Below, piece after piece: positions 24,768 to 34,465 of a DNA stretch of 64,000 nucleotides. The stretch comes from a virus. The position numbers were made by a program, and so were the translations under genes. Positions within the stretch are counted from its first letter, which is position 1, and every line of letters starts with the position of its first letter. The notes beneath the pieces were generated by a model. It ran no database searches. It was not told where the DNA came from and worked only from the letters and a program-made list of their open reading frames with translations. Location: IMG/VR virus record IMGVR_UViG_3300020182_000025, one strand, 5' to 3'.

Positions 24768-25438
24768 TATAGTTCCTCTACCGCTTTTGCCACATCAGGG
24801 AAGTGTTGGCTTAACACATCCCAACATTGGTCAGCTATTATCATATGCTCTTTCTGAGTTCCGTTAGACATTCTTAGTTTGCAGTAATGTATCCACGATC
24901 TAAGAGTGCCTGACATGTATAGTGTTGTTTCAGTATTACCTTCTGGCAGTACTGCCCTTGCTTGTTCTTTTGCTATTCCGTTTTCGAGCGCCCATTCATA
25001 CGCATCATTGGCTGCGTTGATGACTCGTTTTTGGGCCATGTTCCAATTTTCTGCCAATTCCGTGTCTTCGGTTTCGATGCTGTTTTGACGATTCTTCTCG
25101 TCTTGTAGTCTACATTCCCTCGTCTCGAAGTTTGTTGATTTTGCATATCTCTGTGAAAATTCCTGAAAGCTAAAGCTACGATGCCTTATGATTTGCCTAG
25201 AGATGTCACGAGTAGTGGTAATCTCCAGTGTAACGGAAACCATCTCAAATGGGCTCCAATGTTCATGTTTTATTAGATATCCTAGTAGTTTTGATGCGGT
25301 GTTGGGACTATTTTGATTGCCAGGGTTACTTACCCTAGCTGTGTATGCAATCAGTTCATTGGCCGTATTGCATCCAGTCATAGCAGATGGATGAGTCATT
25401 CCCACTAAAGCTGCTTTACTCATTAACATTTTCTCCAT
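24767..25438 (-). CDS. thyX: Flavin-dependent thymidylate synthase
   Basis: HWSPFE, RQIIRHRSFSFQEFSQRY, AKEQARAVLP. Confidence 0.95.
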   Translation of the reverse strand: MEKMLMSKAALVGMTHPSAMTGCNTANELIAYTARVSNPGNQNSPNTASKLLGYLIKHEHWSPFEMVSVTLEITTTRDISRQIIRHRSFSFQEFSQRYAKSTNFETRECRLQDEKNRQNSIETEDTELAENWNMAQKRVINAANDAYEWALENGIAKEQARAVLPEGNTETTLYMSGTLRSWIHYCKLRMSNGTQKEHMIIADQCWDVLSQHFPDVAKAVEEL

Positions 25439-26445
25439 GCTGTAAATTCAAGTTCTGCTTCAAGTCCTTCATAAGTATTACTATCTATAATATACTTAAT
25501 GTCTTCTTTTGTCAACCCAGAAATTATCATATCGTTAATATCTTTCTCTTCAATGTCACTTGGCCATAAGCAAACTTTGTTGCCTGCTTTTATCTGTTTC
25601 TGTATGAGAGCGCAGATTTCTTTGTTTCTAGGCTGATTATCGAATATTACTGTAAAATATGTAAGTCCAATTGAATCAATTTTATGAAACGATGATCCCG
25701 CTGCTGCGATTGAGTTATCGAGAAACAGACTATCAATGGGGCCTTCTACAATATAAACTTCCTTAGTCTTATCTATAACATCTAGACCAAAGATTGTAGG
25801 TACATCTTCCTTTATTTTAAGATTGATATATCTAAGATTTTCGCCTCGAATACCTCTCAATGCCATACCAGAAATTTGTCCACTCTCTTCAATGAACGGC
25901 AGAGAAATTCTGGGCTGTTTTATATTTAGTGCTTTTGAGTATTTAGAATTTAGCTGAGACAGATTACGAATATCATCAACATAATACAGTCGATGAAACT
26001 GGCTTTCGGGTATCATTCGTTTTTTGACATACTGAACTGCCTCATGATCAGACGGCAGAGTGTCCATTCTGTCCATAAGTCCGTCAATGATACTAAGTGG
26101 CTTGTCAAATTGAGGCTTGAAGTCAAACGCAAAATCTATGTTTTCTTTTTTCTTGACTACTGGTTCGTCTTTCTTGACAAACTTTTCTAGTACATATTCT
26201 TTATATAATAGGGGATCAAGTGTCTCTAAGAATTTGCCAATAGTTGTGCCATAATCACAATTGTGGCAGCGATAAAACATGTTAGCTTCTTTCTTATAGA
26301 AGTAGCCACGAGCTTTATTTTGTTTGCCCGAAGAGTCTCCACAGATAATACACCGACAATTGAATAGGTAATCGTCTTTGCGTTTGAACAAAGGAAGCCG
26401 ATTAGATATCATGTTGATGTATTTGAGATCAATATAAAGAGACAT
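25423..26445 (-). CDS. 61: DNA primase (gp61-like)
   Basis: Zn finger CIICGDS..C.NC; TOPRIM YIVEGPIDSLF, IFDNQPRN, KDINDM. Confidence 0.92.
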   Translation of the reverse strand: MSLYIDLKYINMISNRLPLFKRKDDYLFNCRCIICGDSSGKQNKARGYFYKKEANMFYRCHNCDYGTTIGKFLETLDPLLYKEYVLEKFVKKDEPVVKKKENIDFAFDFKPQFDKPLSIIDGLMDRMDTLPSDHEAVQYVKKRMIPESQFHRLYYVDDIRNLSQLNSKYSKALNIKQPRISLPFIEESGQISGMALRGIRGENLRYINLKIKEDVPTIFGLDVIDKTKEVYIVEGPIDSLFLDNSIAAAGSSFHKIDSIGLTYFTVIFDNQPRNKEICALIQKQIKAGNKVCLWPSDIEEKDINDMIISGLTKEDIKYIIDSNTYEGLEAELEFTAWRKC

Positions 26446-26448
26446 AAA

Positions 26449-26504
26449 AAAAACCTATATGTTTAGTATAGGTTTATTATAGTACATTAGTGATGTGTTG
26501 TCAA
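26449..26504 (-). promoter_or_regulatory. Primase promoter overlapping a palindrome/terminator-like hairpin
   Basis: TTGACA (26504-26499), 17 bp, TATAAT (26481-26476), then AAACCTATA-7-TATAGGTTT plus T run directly before the ATG. Confidence 0.7.
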
Positions 26505-26507
26505 GTA

Positions 26508-26984
26508 CTATTGCAATAGAAATGACCCGAGATTCACGCCGTTTCCTAGAATGACTCCACCGGCAATTACTATACCGAGTAGAATCCAGCGCCATCTTTC
26601 TAGTGCTGTGAGTCTGTCTTCTAATTTTGACTGCTTGTCGCCGAGGTGCAATTTTAGGTCTTTGATGGCCTCTAATACTTTATCGATTTCGTTTGACATT
26701 TTCTGTTCTATCTCTCTCGTATTCGTAGTGAGTCTGGAATGGAGGTCTTTAACTTCATCGTCAAACTTATCTTCTGCCTGTTCCATTTCCTTTTTCAGCT
26801 CATCAAAATGAATTTCGCCGTCTTTCAGGCGTTGTTCATGTACTGCTAGTATCTGCCCGATGTTGTTTGATACATCAGTTATTTTGTCTAGAGCGGTTTC
26901 TAATTTTGAAAACAGTTGACCTATCTGATTCACATCATTTTTAACTAATGCCACTTCTGTTTCTAGAGTTTTAACTGTCGCCAT
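26508..26984 (-). CDS. Coiled-coil protein with C-terminal TM segment
   Basis: ORF track; LERWRWILLGIVIAGG. Confidence 0.65.
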   Translation of the reverse strand: MATVKTLETEVALVKNDVNQIGQLFSKLETALDKITDVSNNIGQILAVHEQRLKDGEIHFDELKKEMEQAEDKFDDEVKDLHSRLTTNTREIEQKMSNEIDKVLEAIKDLKLHLGDKQSKLEDRLTALERWRWILLGIVIAGGVILGNGVNLGSFLLQ

Positions 26985-27501
26985 TTTTCTTCTTCTTTTT
27001 TCTGCGTATCATTGGCATCATTACAGGATCACGACCAGGTTCACCCTTTGGCCCAATTCCTATTCCGTCAATCCCACCGGCACCTGCTGCATTGGCTGCC
27101 ACTTCTTCATCCAAAAAGGATTTGAATGACATGGTGTTATGCTCTAAAAGTTTTGATTCTGCGATTACTTTCTCATCCGTCTCGTAGATAGTGAGTAGAA
27201 TATCAAGCTCGGAATCAGTGTAATCTTTTACTTTCTCTTCTCTTAGTATACTAATTGCTGCTGCAAGTGTCAAGAGTCTTTTAGAATTTCTGTCAGGTGA
27301 TTTTATCAAAGCAGCTTGTACTTTAAATACAAACCGTTGAAGCATTGAGTATGCGTCTTTTTCTGTGGACGTCTCAGGTTTCTTGATTCGCTTGCCGTTA
27401 GCATCAATAATACCAAGTTCATACGCCTTAGATTTCTCGACAGGTGTGGTTAACATCTTGAGAATTCTGAGTGTTATATATCCATCTGCCAATCTAGACA
27501 T
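26971..27501 (-). CDS. Conserved T4-like late hypothetical protein
   Basis: LTTP.....AYELGIID.NG pattern. Confidence 0.65.
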   Translation of the reverse strand: MSRLADGYITLRILKMLTTPVEKSKAYELGIIDANGKRIKKPETSTEKDAYSMLQRFVFKVQAALIKSPDRNSKRLLTLAAAISILREEKVKDYTDSELDILLTIYETDEKVIAESKLLEHNTMSFKSFLDEEVAANAAGAGGIDGIGIGPKGEPGRDPVMMPMIRRKKKKKNGDS

Positions 27502-27878
27502 TAAAGAGCCCTTAGTACTTTTATCAACTCGTCATTGAGAGGTATATCTGTTTCTTTTATGCCAGGTGAAACTACAGTTTCTAATGGCATTCTGTGTAAA
27601 TACACTAAATATGTTTTTAATTCTGGCCAAAGTTGTTTTTCCAGTTTATAAAACAACATATCAGTCGTAGCTTCACCAAATACATTGTATAGAATTACCA
27701 GATGATTCAACACAAGTCTTTCACTACTTTCGCCTGTGCTTTTATATCGATTCAAAAGACGCTTGACGTATTTAAATTTTTTCAAATCGTCTTCTAAATC
27801 TTTCATTCCCATTGAACCGGGAGTGTAATAATTTTTCACAGCATACACCAAAAAATTATCTTCATTCAATTCTACCAT
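27501..27878 (-). CDS. Conserved T4-like hypothetical protein
   Basis: ELNEDNFLVYA..Y....EDDLK.FKYVKRLL...ERLVLNHL. Confidence 0.7.
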   Translation of the reverse strand: MVELNEDNFLVYAVKNYYTPGSMGMKDLEDDLKKFKYVKRLLNRYKSTGESSERLVLNHLVILYNVFGEATTDMLFYKLEKQLWPELKTYLVYLHRMPLETVVSPGIKETDIPLNDELIKVLRAL

Positions 27879-27887
27879 TATTTAATC

Positions 27888-28328
27888 CTATCCTACTGTA
27901 GCGGTACCTCCAATGAAATACCATTTGCTATTAGTATATAGCAGGGTTGCAGTCTCGCCGACCGCATCAAAAGATATGTCGTTAGCGATAGTAGAATCTT
28001 GTAGTGTTACTGTGTGACCACCTGTATTGGCTGTCATGATAACAATTTTAATCTGACCATCAACACCCGCAGCCAAAGTACAGTTACCGCTAGTTGAAAA
28101 ATTCGACAGATATGTAATGTTAGTTGTTAATATTATTGCGCCCGGTGCAGTTTGCGTATTAGTATCAGTAATAGCAATCGTATCGCTGAAACTAACAGGC
28201 GTGGCAACATTAGCAAACAAAGTAGCGACAGTCGTTTTCTTACTGTCACTACCTCTTACTGTATATAGTATATCAGTTGCAGCGGCCGTAGTGACCGCTG
28301 TGAGTTCTGATAGTTTCGCATCTGCCAT
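27888..28328 (-). CDS. Probable virion structural protein
   Basis: ADAKLSEL.A N-terminus, Thr-rich, GQIKII..G.TATLLY..KWY. Confidence 0.6.
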   Translation of the reverse strand: MADAKLSELTAVTTAAATDILYTVRGSDSKKTTVATLFANVATPVSFSDTIAITDTNTQTAPGAIILTTNITYLSNFSTSGNCTLAAGVDGQIKIVIMTANTGGHTVTLQDSTIANDISFDAVGETATLLYTNSKWYFIGGTATVG

Positions 28329-28359
28329 ATTAAATACTCCCTAAAATAAAAAGTATTTA

Positions 28360-28761
28360 TTAAGCGTCTGGGAATTCAGTATCATCATCGTCTGCTGTAG
28401 CGACAACTGTACCAGTACCTGCACCAACGCCTGTAGCGGTGAATACTGTGCCTGGATTTGAATCTGCTGCACCAACTAATGTGAAGTCTGTGTCACCTGT
28501 AGTAAGAATCTTATACTCTGTGCCGATAACAAGTGCGCCACCAGCTAAACCAACTGCTGCTTCATATACAGCATCAGTAGCTGCTGCGCCCATTGCTACG
28601 AGAGTTTCGTATTTCTTTCTAGCACCAACAACAGTACGGCGAACCCAACCTGGTTGAGTAATGCCCGGAGTTGCTGCTACTTCTGCTTCGTCTACCATAA
28701 AGATTTCTGAGGCGGGTACACCAGTAATTACTGGCTTAACTGATTTTGACCATGCGGACAT
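28360..28761 (-). CDS. Probable virion structural protein
   Basis: YKILTTGDTDFTLVGA..N.GTVFTATG.G.G motif seen in T4-like structural proteins. Confidence 0.6.
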   Translation of the reverse strand: MSAWSKSVKPVITGVPASEIFMVDEAEVAATPGITQPGWVRRTVVGARKKYETLVAMGAAATDAVYEAAVGLAGGALVIGTEYKILTTGDTDFTLVGAADSNPGTVFTATGVGAGTGTVVATADDDDTEFPDA

Positions 28762-30080
28762 TAGAGTTCTCCTGTCGTTTTGTATTGTTCTATGATTGTA
28801 TTGAGTTCTTTGTAGGCTTCAATTTTTTCTTTAGTTGAGCCTTCTTTAATTACTTTTCTAATAGCTGCGACTTGCTCTTTTACATCTTTCTTTGTAGGAG
28901 CCATGCCCTTTTGAGCACCTTTCTGCTTCATGTCTGCTTTAGCTCGCTTCTCAGCGTCTTTAGCAGCTTGTCCGCTTTGAACTCTGTCAGCAGCTCGTCT
29001 AATCATAGCGAGTCTGTCAGGAGTAGCCGCTGGGTTGCCGTATTCGTCAAGTCTTTCAGTCTCTTCTTCTACTTCTACTTCTTCTTTCTTCATCAAAGCC
29101 GCTCTGGCTGCTGAATTGCTCATGTTGCCTTTAGCAGCGTCTGGGCCAAAGCCTTTGAGTTTAACAACTTTACGACTACCATCTTTGTTGTATTTACCGT
29201 CAGCCATATCAGCACGGGCTTTCTCTCTGCGCTTCTCGTTATCTTCAAAACTTTCTTTCTTCATATCTTGTCTTGCTTGTGCTTTTTTGTCGAGTGAATC
29301 TAATGCGTTTGCTCTAGCTTGTTTGCTATCCCAAGACGGTTTAGTAGCTTTCTTGATAGCTTTGTCACGAGAACCCATGTACTCTGCTGTAGAAGTCTCA
29401 ACCTTGCCGTCACCATCATGATCTTTCTTAGCCATCTTAGCTTCTTCAAGTGCTGCGTCTACTAGCTTAAAAAATTCTGCTTTACTTTCTTCTGGAAGAT
29501 CACGAATGTTATCAATACCGTAGTACTCTAGGCCAGCCTCGAACTGTTCTTTGTACATAGAGTTGAGATCGATAACTTCTTCATCGAGGCCAGCTTTCTC
29601 TTTTTCTTTACGAATTTCTTTTGGAAGCATTCTGAACTTAGAGCGGCTCTTGACAGAAAGTCTGCGAGCTTTATTTTCTGCCCCTTTTCGCAGTCTTTCT
29701 TCTTCTTCAGGATCCATTGCTTCTTTCATGTCCTTCTCTTTCTCTTTCTTCATAGCTTTTGTTTTCTTCCCTTGTTCTTCTGGGCCGTCTACTATTTCAA
29801 CGCCATCAACCATTTTTTCATCTAAGTCCACGGTAGTTTCCTCCGTTTGATATCTAGTTTTTTGTGTATGTAATTTGGCACGATTGAATGCAGTGTCATC
29901 TTTCAACATAATGTCAGTCATGTTGAACATATACTTTGATAACACATCTCTTTCAGTAGGCGTGAGTTGCTTGCCCATGTGAAGGCTGCTCATGGCAGTC
30001 ATGAGAATAGGAAGTTTGCGACTTGGTACAATACCTTGACGCACTAGTTGCTCTAATCGTTGTTTGTTTTTGTTGTCCAT
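28761..30080 (-). CDS. Highly charged late protein, possible head core/internal protein
   Basis: E/K-rich; late promoter TATAAATA at 30093-30086. Confidence 0.6.
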   Translation of the reverse strand: MDNKNKQRLEQLVRQGIVPSRKLPILMTAMSSLHMGKQLTPTERDVLSKYMFNMTDIMLKDDTAFNRAKLHTQKTRYQTEETTVDLDEKMVDGVEIVDGPEEQGKKTKAMKKEKEKDMKEAMDPEEEERLRKGAENKARRLSVKSRSKFRMLPKEIRKEKEKAGLDEEVIDLNSMYKEQFEAGLEYYGIDNIRDLPEESKAEFFKLVDAALEEAKMAKKDHDGDGKVETSTAEYMGSRDKAIKKATKPSWDSKQARANALDSLDKKAQARQDMKKESFEDNEKRREKARADMADGKYNKDGSRKVVKLKGFGPDAAKGNMSNSAARAALMKKEEVEVEEETERLDEYGNPAATPDRLAMIRRAADRVQSGQAAKDAEKRAKADMKQKGAQKGMAPTKKDVKEQVAAIRKVIKEGSTKEKIEAYKELNTIIEQYKTTGEL

Positions 30081-30113
30081 ACAAGTATTTATAACAAAAC
30101 AAACTTCAAGAAA

Positions 30114-31568
30114 CTACTTTCTTTTGATTTTAAATTTCTTAGCTGTTTGCTTCTTCGCCATTGGCTTTGCTGCTTTATACTTCTTAGCTTTCTGGCCGCC
30201 GCCTTTTCTGGACTTCATACGATTGATTTCCATCTTACGCATTCCAGGAAGCATTCTAACAGCAAGTCTTGAAACTAACGGTGCATACATGCCTATGAGT
30301 TTTTCTAGGCGACCTTTCTCTGCTGGTGGGAGTTGTGATTTGTCTCTGCCTTTCAGAAGGCGCTTGTAGACTGCGCCTCTAGCACCACGAGTTGCTCTTT
30401 TCTTCAGACGATCAGGTGATGATCCTCGTCTAAGTGCAATGCCACGAGCCACTTTGAGTTTCTGTCTGTTCTTTCTAGCAGAAAACTTACGCTTGAGTCT
30501 ACCTTGAACGGACAGAACCTCAGTGATATTTACTTCTGGCTCATCGTCTTCATCATCATCATCAAAAGCACCATATTCTAGTGCCATATCGTATGTAATG
30601 TTGTCGGCTTCGTGTTCTAGTTCTGCAATGTCTTGCTTTGTGAGTGCGTAATCACCAAGTACAGGTGCATCTTCTTCGTTGTCTTTTCTATATTCTGCTT
30701 TAGTTTCGTGTGCAGGACCAGACTCTTTTACATATTTGTCTTGCACATTCAAACGCTTTAGAGTCGATTGTTCTAATGTCTTGATGGGATCTTCTTTTGG
30801 ATTCTTCTGACCAGGCGTGTTGTCTTTCATATATTCTGTGCCAGCAGGAGTTCCCCAATCCATAGCACCCATATCTGAGTTATACTTGATCGATTCGCCC
30901 ATTGCTCGTTCGCCGCTTCTACGCTTAGATTTTAGATAAGCAGCGACTGCCATTGCTCTACGCTTGGATCTATCTGCACCCTTAAACTGGGGTGCGTCAG
31001 ACTTCTTGAAATCGTCTACATATGTGCCGATGCTGTCTTTGTCAGCGTTGAGCTTTTCGTCAATAGTATTTGAAACTTTCTTTCTGACTTCGGGTGACAG
31101 TTCTTTGTAGTGATATAGGTCTTGGCTATCAGCGGTGTGCTTTTCGCCTGTCATTACTTGTCCGTTGTGAGCGTGTTGAGGACCTTTCCACTCTTTACCG
31201 TCTTTAGTGTAGTGACCTTCAGACTTCCAAGAATGTTCTTTGCCTTCTTTGTTCATTGCAAACATAGAACCAGTAGGACCACTCATAGGCTGAACACTGG
31301 CTACATCTTCCATAGGCACACAGTTATCGACAGTCTTGCCGCCCTTCTTCTTGGTACCCATGCGCTTGTAGCCTTTCCAGCATGCTTTGCCGTCAACGCC
31401 TTTTTCTTTCTCTTCGTTTTGAGAGTCTCTGAAGTCTTGTGCAGAAGGTGCGCCCTTAGAACCAGGCTTACGCATACGCTCCTTTGAGCCACCTTTAATG
31501 CGCTTTCTCTTTGCGTGGATATTATCCCAAAGTCCACCTTCTTCTAACTTATCTTTAAAGCTCTTCAT
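30114..31568 (-). CDS. Mosaic charged late protein with capsid-targeting-like N-terminus
   Basis: MKSFKDKLEE; modules GLWDNIHAKR, KACWKGYK. Confidence 0.6.
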   Translation of the reverse strand: MKSFKDKLEEGGLWDNIHAKRKRIKGGSKERMRKPGSKGAPSAQDFRDSQNEEKEKGVDGKACWKGYKRMGTKKKGGKTVDNCVPMEDVASVQPMSGPTGSMFAMNKEGKEHSWKSEGHYTKDGKEWKGPQHAHNGQVMTGEKHTADSQDLYHYKELSPEVRKKVSNTIDEKLNADKDSIGTYVDDFKKSDAPQFKGADRSKRRAMAVAAYLKSKRRSGERAMGESIKYNSDMGAMDWGTPAGTEYMKDNTPGQKNPKEDPIKTLEQSTLKRLNVQDKYVKESGPAHETKAEYRKDNEEDAPVLGDYALTKQDIAELEHEADNITYDMALEYGAFDDDDEDDEPEVNITEVLSVQGRLKRKFSARKNRQKLKVARGIALRRGSSPDRLKKRATRGARGAVYKRLLKGRDKSQLPPAEKGRLEKLIGMYAPLVSRLAVRMLPGMRKMEINRMKSRKGGGQKAKKYKAAKPMAKKQTAKKFKIKRK

Positions 31569-31965
31569 CAGTCTCTTCTACCTTTTTAGGGTTTGCGTTC
31601 TCTTCGTAGTACAATATTACTGCGCTTTGTGATTCAATGAATCTTCTTAGTTCGCCCATGTTCAGTGCTATGTTCTCGTAATCAGGCACACTGATAGCAA
31701 AGAATACTAAACTACCTTCTGCCTTTTCAAATCTTTCTATAAATTCGTCTATATTCTCTTTTGTAACAGCATAAAACTCTATGTCATACAGAGTGACAGG
31801 CTTAGGTCTTGGCTGAATAGGAATCGTCCTTTCAACATACTCTACTTGTGTTACTACTACTTCCTCGGGTTTGAATATGCTACATGCAGTAAAACTACTC
31901 AGCAGTAACAGGAACAGGCTTGCCCGTAAGTATTTCCATTTCGTCAAATAGTTTTGCTGTTGCAT
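31555..31965 (-). CDS. Putative o-spanin (Rz1-like lipoprotein)
   Basis: Lipobox-like LLLLSSFTA-C; overlaps the 3' end of the upstream TM/coiled-coil gene. Confidence 0.65.
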   Translation of the reverse strand: MQQQNYLTKWKYLRASLFLLLLSSFTACSIFKPEEVVVTQVEYVERTIPIQPRPKPVTLYDIEFYAVTKENIDEFIERFEKAEGSLVFFAISVPDYENIALNMGELRRFIESQSAVILYYEENANPKKVEETDEEL

Positions 31966-32290
31966 TATTTACTCTTCCTTCAATGAGTCCTGGCTTCTGT
32001 AGTGTCAGTACTGTTAAATTGTGTCTTCTTAGTTTTCCTGCTAAATCGTCCGAATATGCTTCAGCTTCATTTAGTTGAGATTGCAATTCTTGATTTGTCT
32101 TCTCAAATTGTGCAGCGTCTTGTTGCAATCTACCTATAGTTTCTCTACTGGTCTCTGCTGCGACTGCAAGTTTTGCATTGTTGCTTCTCAAAGTTCCTAT
32201 TGTAGCTTGAGTATCGTTATAATACCAATAACCAATACCACCAAAAGTAAGCAACATAACAAATAGTATCTTAGCCATTAGCAGTTCCAC
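31895..32290 (-). CDS. Putative i-spanin (Rz-like)
   Basis: N-terminal TM helix followed by a coiled coil. Confidence 0.65.
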   Translation of the reverse strand: MELLMAKILFVMLLTFGGIGYWYYNDTQATIGTLRSNNAKLAVAAETSRETIGRLQQDAAQFEKTNQELQSQLNEAEAYSDDLAGKLRRHNLTVLTLQKPGLIEGRVNNATAKLFDEMEILTGKPVPVTAE

Positions 32291-32559
32291 CTACGCAATG
32301 ACATTGCTTTACGAGTAGGACGACCTTTCTCATCTTTCATGGGACCTTTCATGCCTCCCATTCTAGCACAAAAAGACTTTCTTCTTTTTGCCGCTTTACC
32401 TTTTGGATCTAGCTTGCTTGGAGAAGTAGTTACAGCAGTTTTCACACCGGCAGCTTTTGCTCCCTTGCGAGTCATGCCTGCGCCGTCTTCTGTGGCTCTG
32501 TAATGTCCCTTAGAATCTGCGCCTCTTTTTTCTTCTAGAAACTCTTTAAAACTTTTCAT
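32278..32559 (-). CDS. DUF6321-like basic protein with capsid-targeting-like N-terminus
   Basis: MKSFKEFLEE; RRKSFCARMGGMKGPMKDEKGRPTRK..SLRRWNC. Confidence 0.7.
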   Translation of the reverse strand: MKSFKEFLEEKRGADSKGHYRATEDGAGMTRKGAKAAGVKTAVTTSPSKLDPKGKAAKRRKSFCARMGGMKGPMKDEKGRPTRKAMSLRRWNC

Positions 32560-33227
32560 TATTCAGTGTCCGAAAAAAATCTTGATTGATAATCTGCTAA
32601 ATTAGCATCATATGCTGCTTGGATTTCAGTGTAGTTGGTAACGTAGTCTATTGCTGTTAGGTTGCTCCTCGTGTTAGTGTCATAAACTTCTGCGTCATCG
32701 TTGAAAGACTTGCCCAATTTTGTCTGAACAACATCAAAAGAATCTTCCATGTAAATGACAACAGGTGTGCCTCCCAGTGCAGTTACCTTTTCTACAAATG
32801 CAGCTTCTCCTGCAATATGTTCTTCTATTAAAGCATCAACTTCTGATTGTGAAGCTTCAAAAGCAGAGAATTCTTCTCTTGGAGTTTTTGCTGGATGATT
32901 CACACCGCTTTTCAGTGCAACCAATTTACTGAGTGCTGCATCTACTTTTCTTCTTCTAGAGGAAAGAACAAATGTCCAATCCGAGGAAGAATTAGGCATA
33001 CACTCGTGACTATGACTATGAACTGCAATTGAATTTTCCCAAGTATCCAAAGTACTAGAATTCTGTTCTCTTCTAGTTTCGGTGCCTAGTAAGTCACATG
33101 TAGTAGAGCCTGAATTCACGCTAAAATGAGCATTGGTCATAACTTCATCTGCTATTGCCACACACAGAGGAACAAAAATTCTTTTACTTCCTGTTCTGCC
33201 GATTGGTGAATAAATGTAATATTTCAT
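32559..33227 (-). CDS. Sulfotransferase-like protein (second paralog)
   Basis: MKYYIYSPIGRTGSKRI, HSH, W.FVLS.RR.K.DA, NYTEI. Confidence 0.55.
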   Translation of the reverse strand: MKYYIYSPIGRTGSKRIFVPLCVAIADEVMTNAHFSVNSGSTTCDLLGTETRREQNSSTLDTWENSIAVHSHSHECMPNSSSDWTFVLSSRRRKVDAALSKLVALKSGVNHPAKTPREEFSAFEASQSEVDALIEEHIAGEAAFVEKVTALGGTPVVIYMEDSFDVVQTKLGKSFNDDAEVYDTNTRSNLTAIDYVTNYTEIQAAYDANLADYQSRFFSDTE

Positions 33228-33385
33228 TGCTCCCCCTTAAATGAAGTGAACAGTCCGTAAGCAAGTCCTGCCCACGCTACTGTGGTTACTATGCCACCTA
33301 GAACTATAACACTACCACAGATAATAATAAGAGCAACTCCATCCAGTGTAGTTCTTTCTTTTAGTCTGTCTTTAAGCCAGTTCAT
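33224..33385 (-). CDS. Small two-TM protein, 53 aa; holin candidate
   Basis: Manual translation MNWLKDRLKERTTLDGVALIIICGSVIVLGGIVTTVAWAGLAYGLFTSFKGEQ. Confidence 0.6.
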   Translation of the reverse strand: MNWLKDRLKERTTLDGVALIIICGSVIVLGGIVTTVAWAGLAYGLFTSFKGEQ

Positions 33386-33732
33386 TTACTTTTCCTTTTT
33401 GTAGGAGTTTTCTTAGGCTTTAGCTTGTCTACCTCTACTTGCAGTGCTTTAATTTCTGACATAATTTCAGTAGTACCACCAGCAACAACAGGAGGATGTG
33501 AGAATTCTTCTAGTCGTTTAATCCTTTCTGCTAATAGTGGATACTGCTGAAGCCATTTCTCTTCTCGTTCTGCTATCTTGATGTCATATTTATCAGCAAG
33601 ATAACTCATAAAAACATCTACTTTAACTTGTACCCACACACCAACTTTGGTGTTCTTGAACCAAGCATAAAAACTAGAGCCTATGATAGCCCCTAATATA
33701 GATTTAAGCGTAAGTACAACTATCCAAGGCAT
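33382..33732 (-). CDS. Membrane-anchored hypothetical protein
   Basis: N-terminal hydrophobic segment. Confidence 0.6.
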   Translation of the reverse strand: MPWIVVLTLKSILGAIIGSSFYAWFKNTKVGVWVQVKVDVFMSYLADKYDIKIAEREEKWLQQYPLLAERIKRLEEFSHPPVVAGGTTEIMSEIKALQVEVDKLKPKKTPTKRKSK

Positions 33733-34448
33733 TAGTCATTGTCCTCTAGATATCTACAATACTCATCCATTCTGTGGTCACGAACACCGTCAAATACTGT
33801 GCCGTTCTTCCAAGCTGCTCTACGACCACGCCAACCGTCTTTGAATCTCTGCCACCAAGTCATCTTACGGACATTACCGTAGAAGTTGATGTAGCGAAGT
33901 TCACCGTGATGCTTGTACCAAAGTAAGGCAGGAGGCATAGAAGGAACGATATCATTGTTGTTTACGCAGCGATAGTGTGGCACTTTAAGTTCTTTACACT
34001 TAGAAGGCGTAGCGTTTCGTGGACAACCGTATGTATAGAGTGCTTCTGCTGTTGGGTAATGAAAACAGAAGATAGAAGCAATCGCTGCTCCTAAACTATG
34101 ACCTGTTACAAACACTGGACGCTTCTTGCGTCCCATGAGTTTCGCTACTTCACCATGCACTTTGAGTTCTAGCTTTTCGTACTCTTCATAAAAACCTTCG
34201 TGAAAGCCTCGTTCGTGAGTTGCTTCCAAGTCAGCAAAGATATCGCTCTTTTCTTTTGGCTCAGTGCCGCGGAATGCTACTGTGATTCGTTCTTTGTTAC
34301 CAACGACATACGCTTGTGCGCCTTCGGTGTCAAAAAACTTAACACTAGTAAAGCCAAGTGCTTTCCATTCTTTGCGTACTTCTTTGTCTAGGTCTTTGTA
34401 TGCTAGTCTTGCGATGCATGCGTGATGATGAAACTCAGTTGATACCAT
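33732..34448 (-). CDS. Lipase class 3 (alpha/beta hydrolase)
   Basis: VAFRGTE, HEGF, VTGHSLGAA, YTYGCPR, NNNDIVP, DHRMDEY. Confidence 0.88.
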   Translation of the reverse strand: MVSTEFHHHACIARLAYKDLDKEVRKEWKALGFTSVKFFDTEGAQAYVVGNKERITVAFRGTEPKEKSDIFADLEATHERGFHEGFYEEYEKLELKVHGEVAKLMGRKKRPVFVTGHSLGAAIASIFCFHYPTAEALYTYGCPRNATPSKCKELKVPHYRCVNNNDIVPSMPPALLWYKHHGELRYINFYGNVRKMTWWQRFKDGWRGRRAAWKNGTVFDGVRDHRMDEYCRYLEDND

Positions 34449-34465
34449 TATTATTCTCCGTTTTA

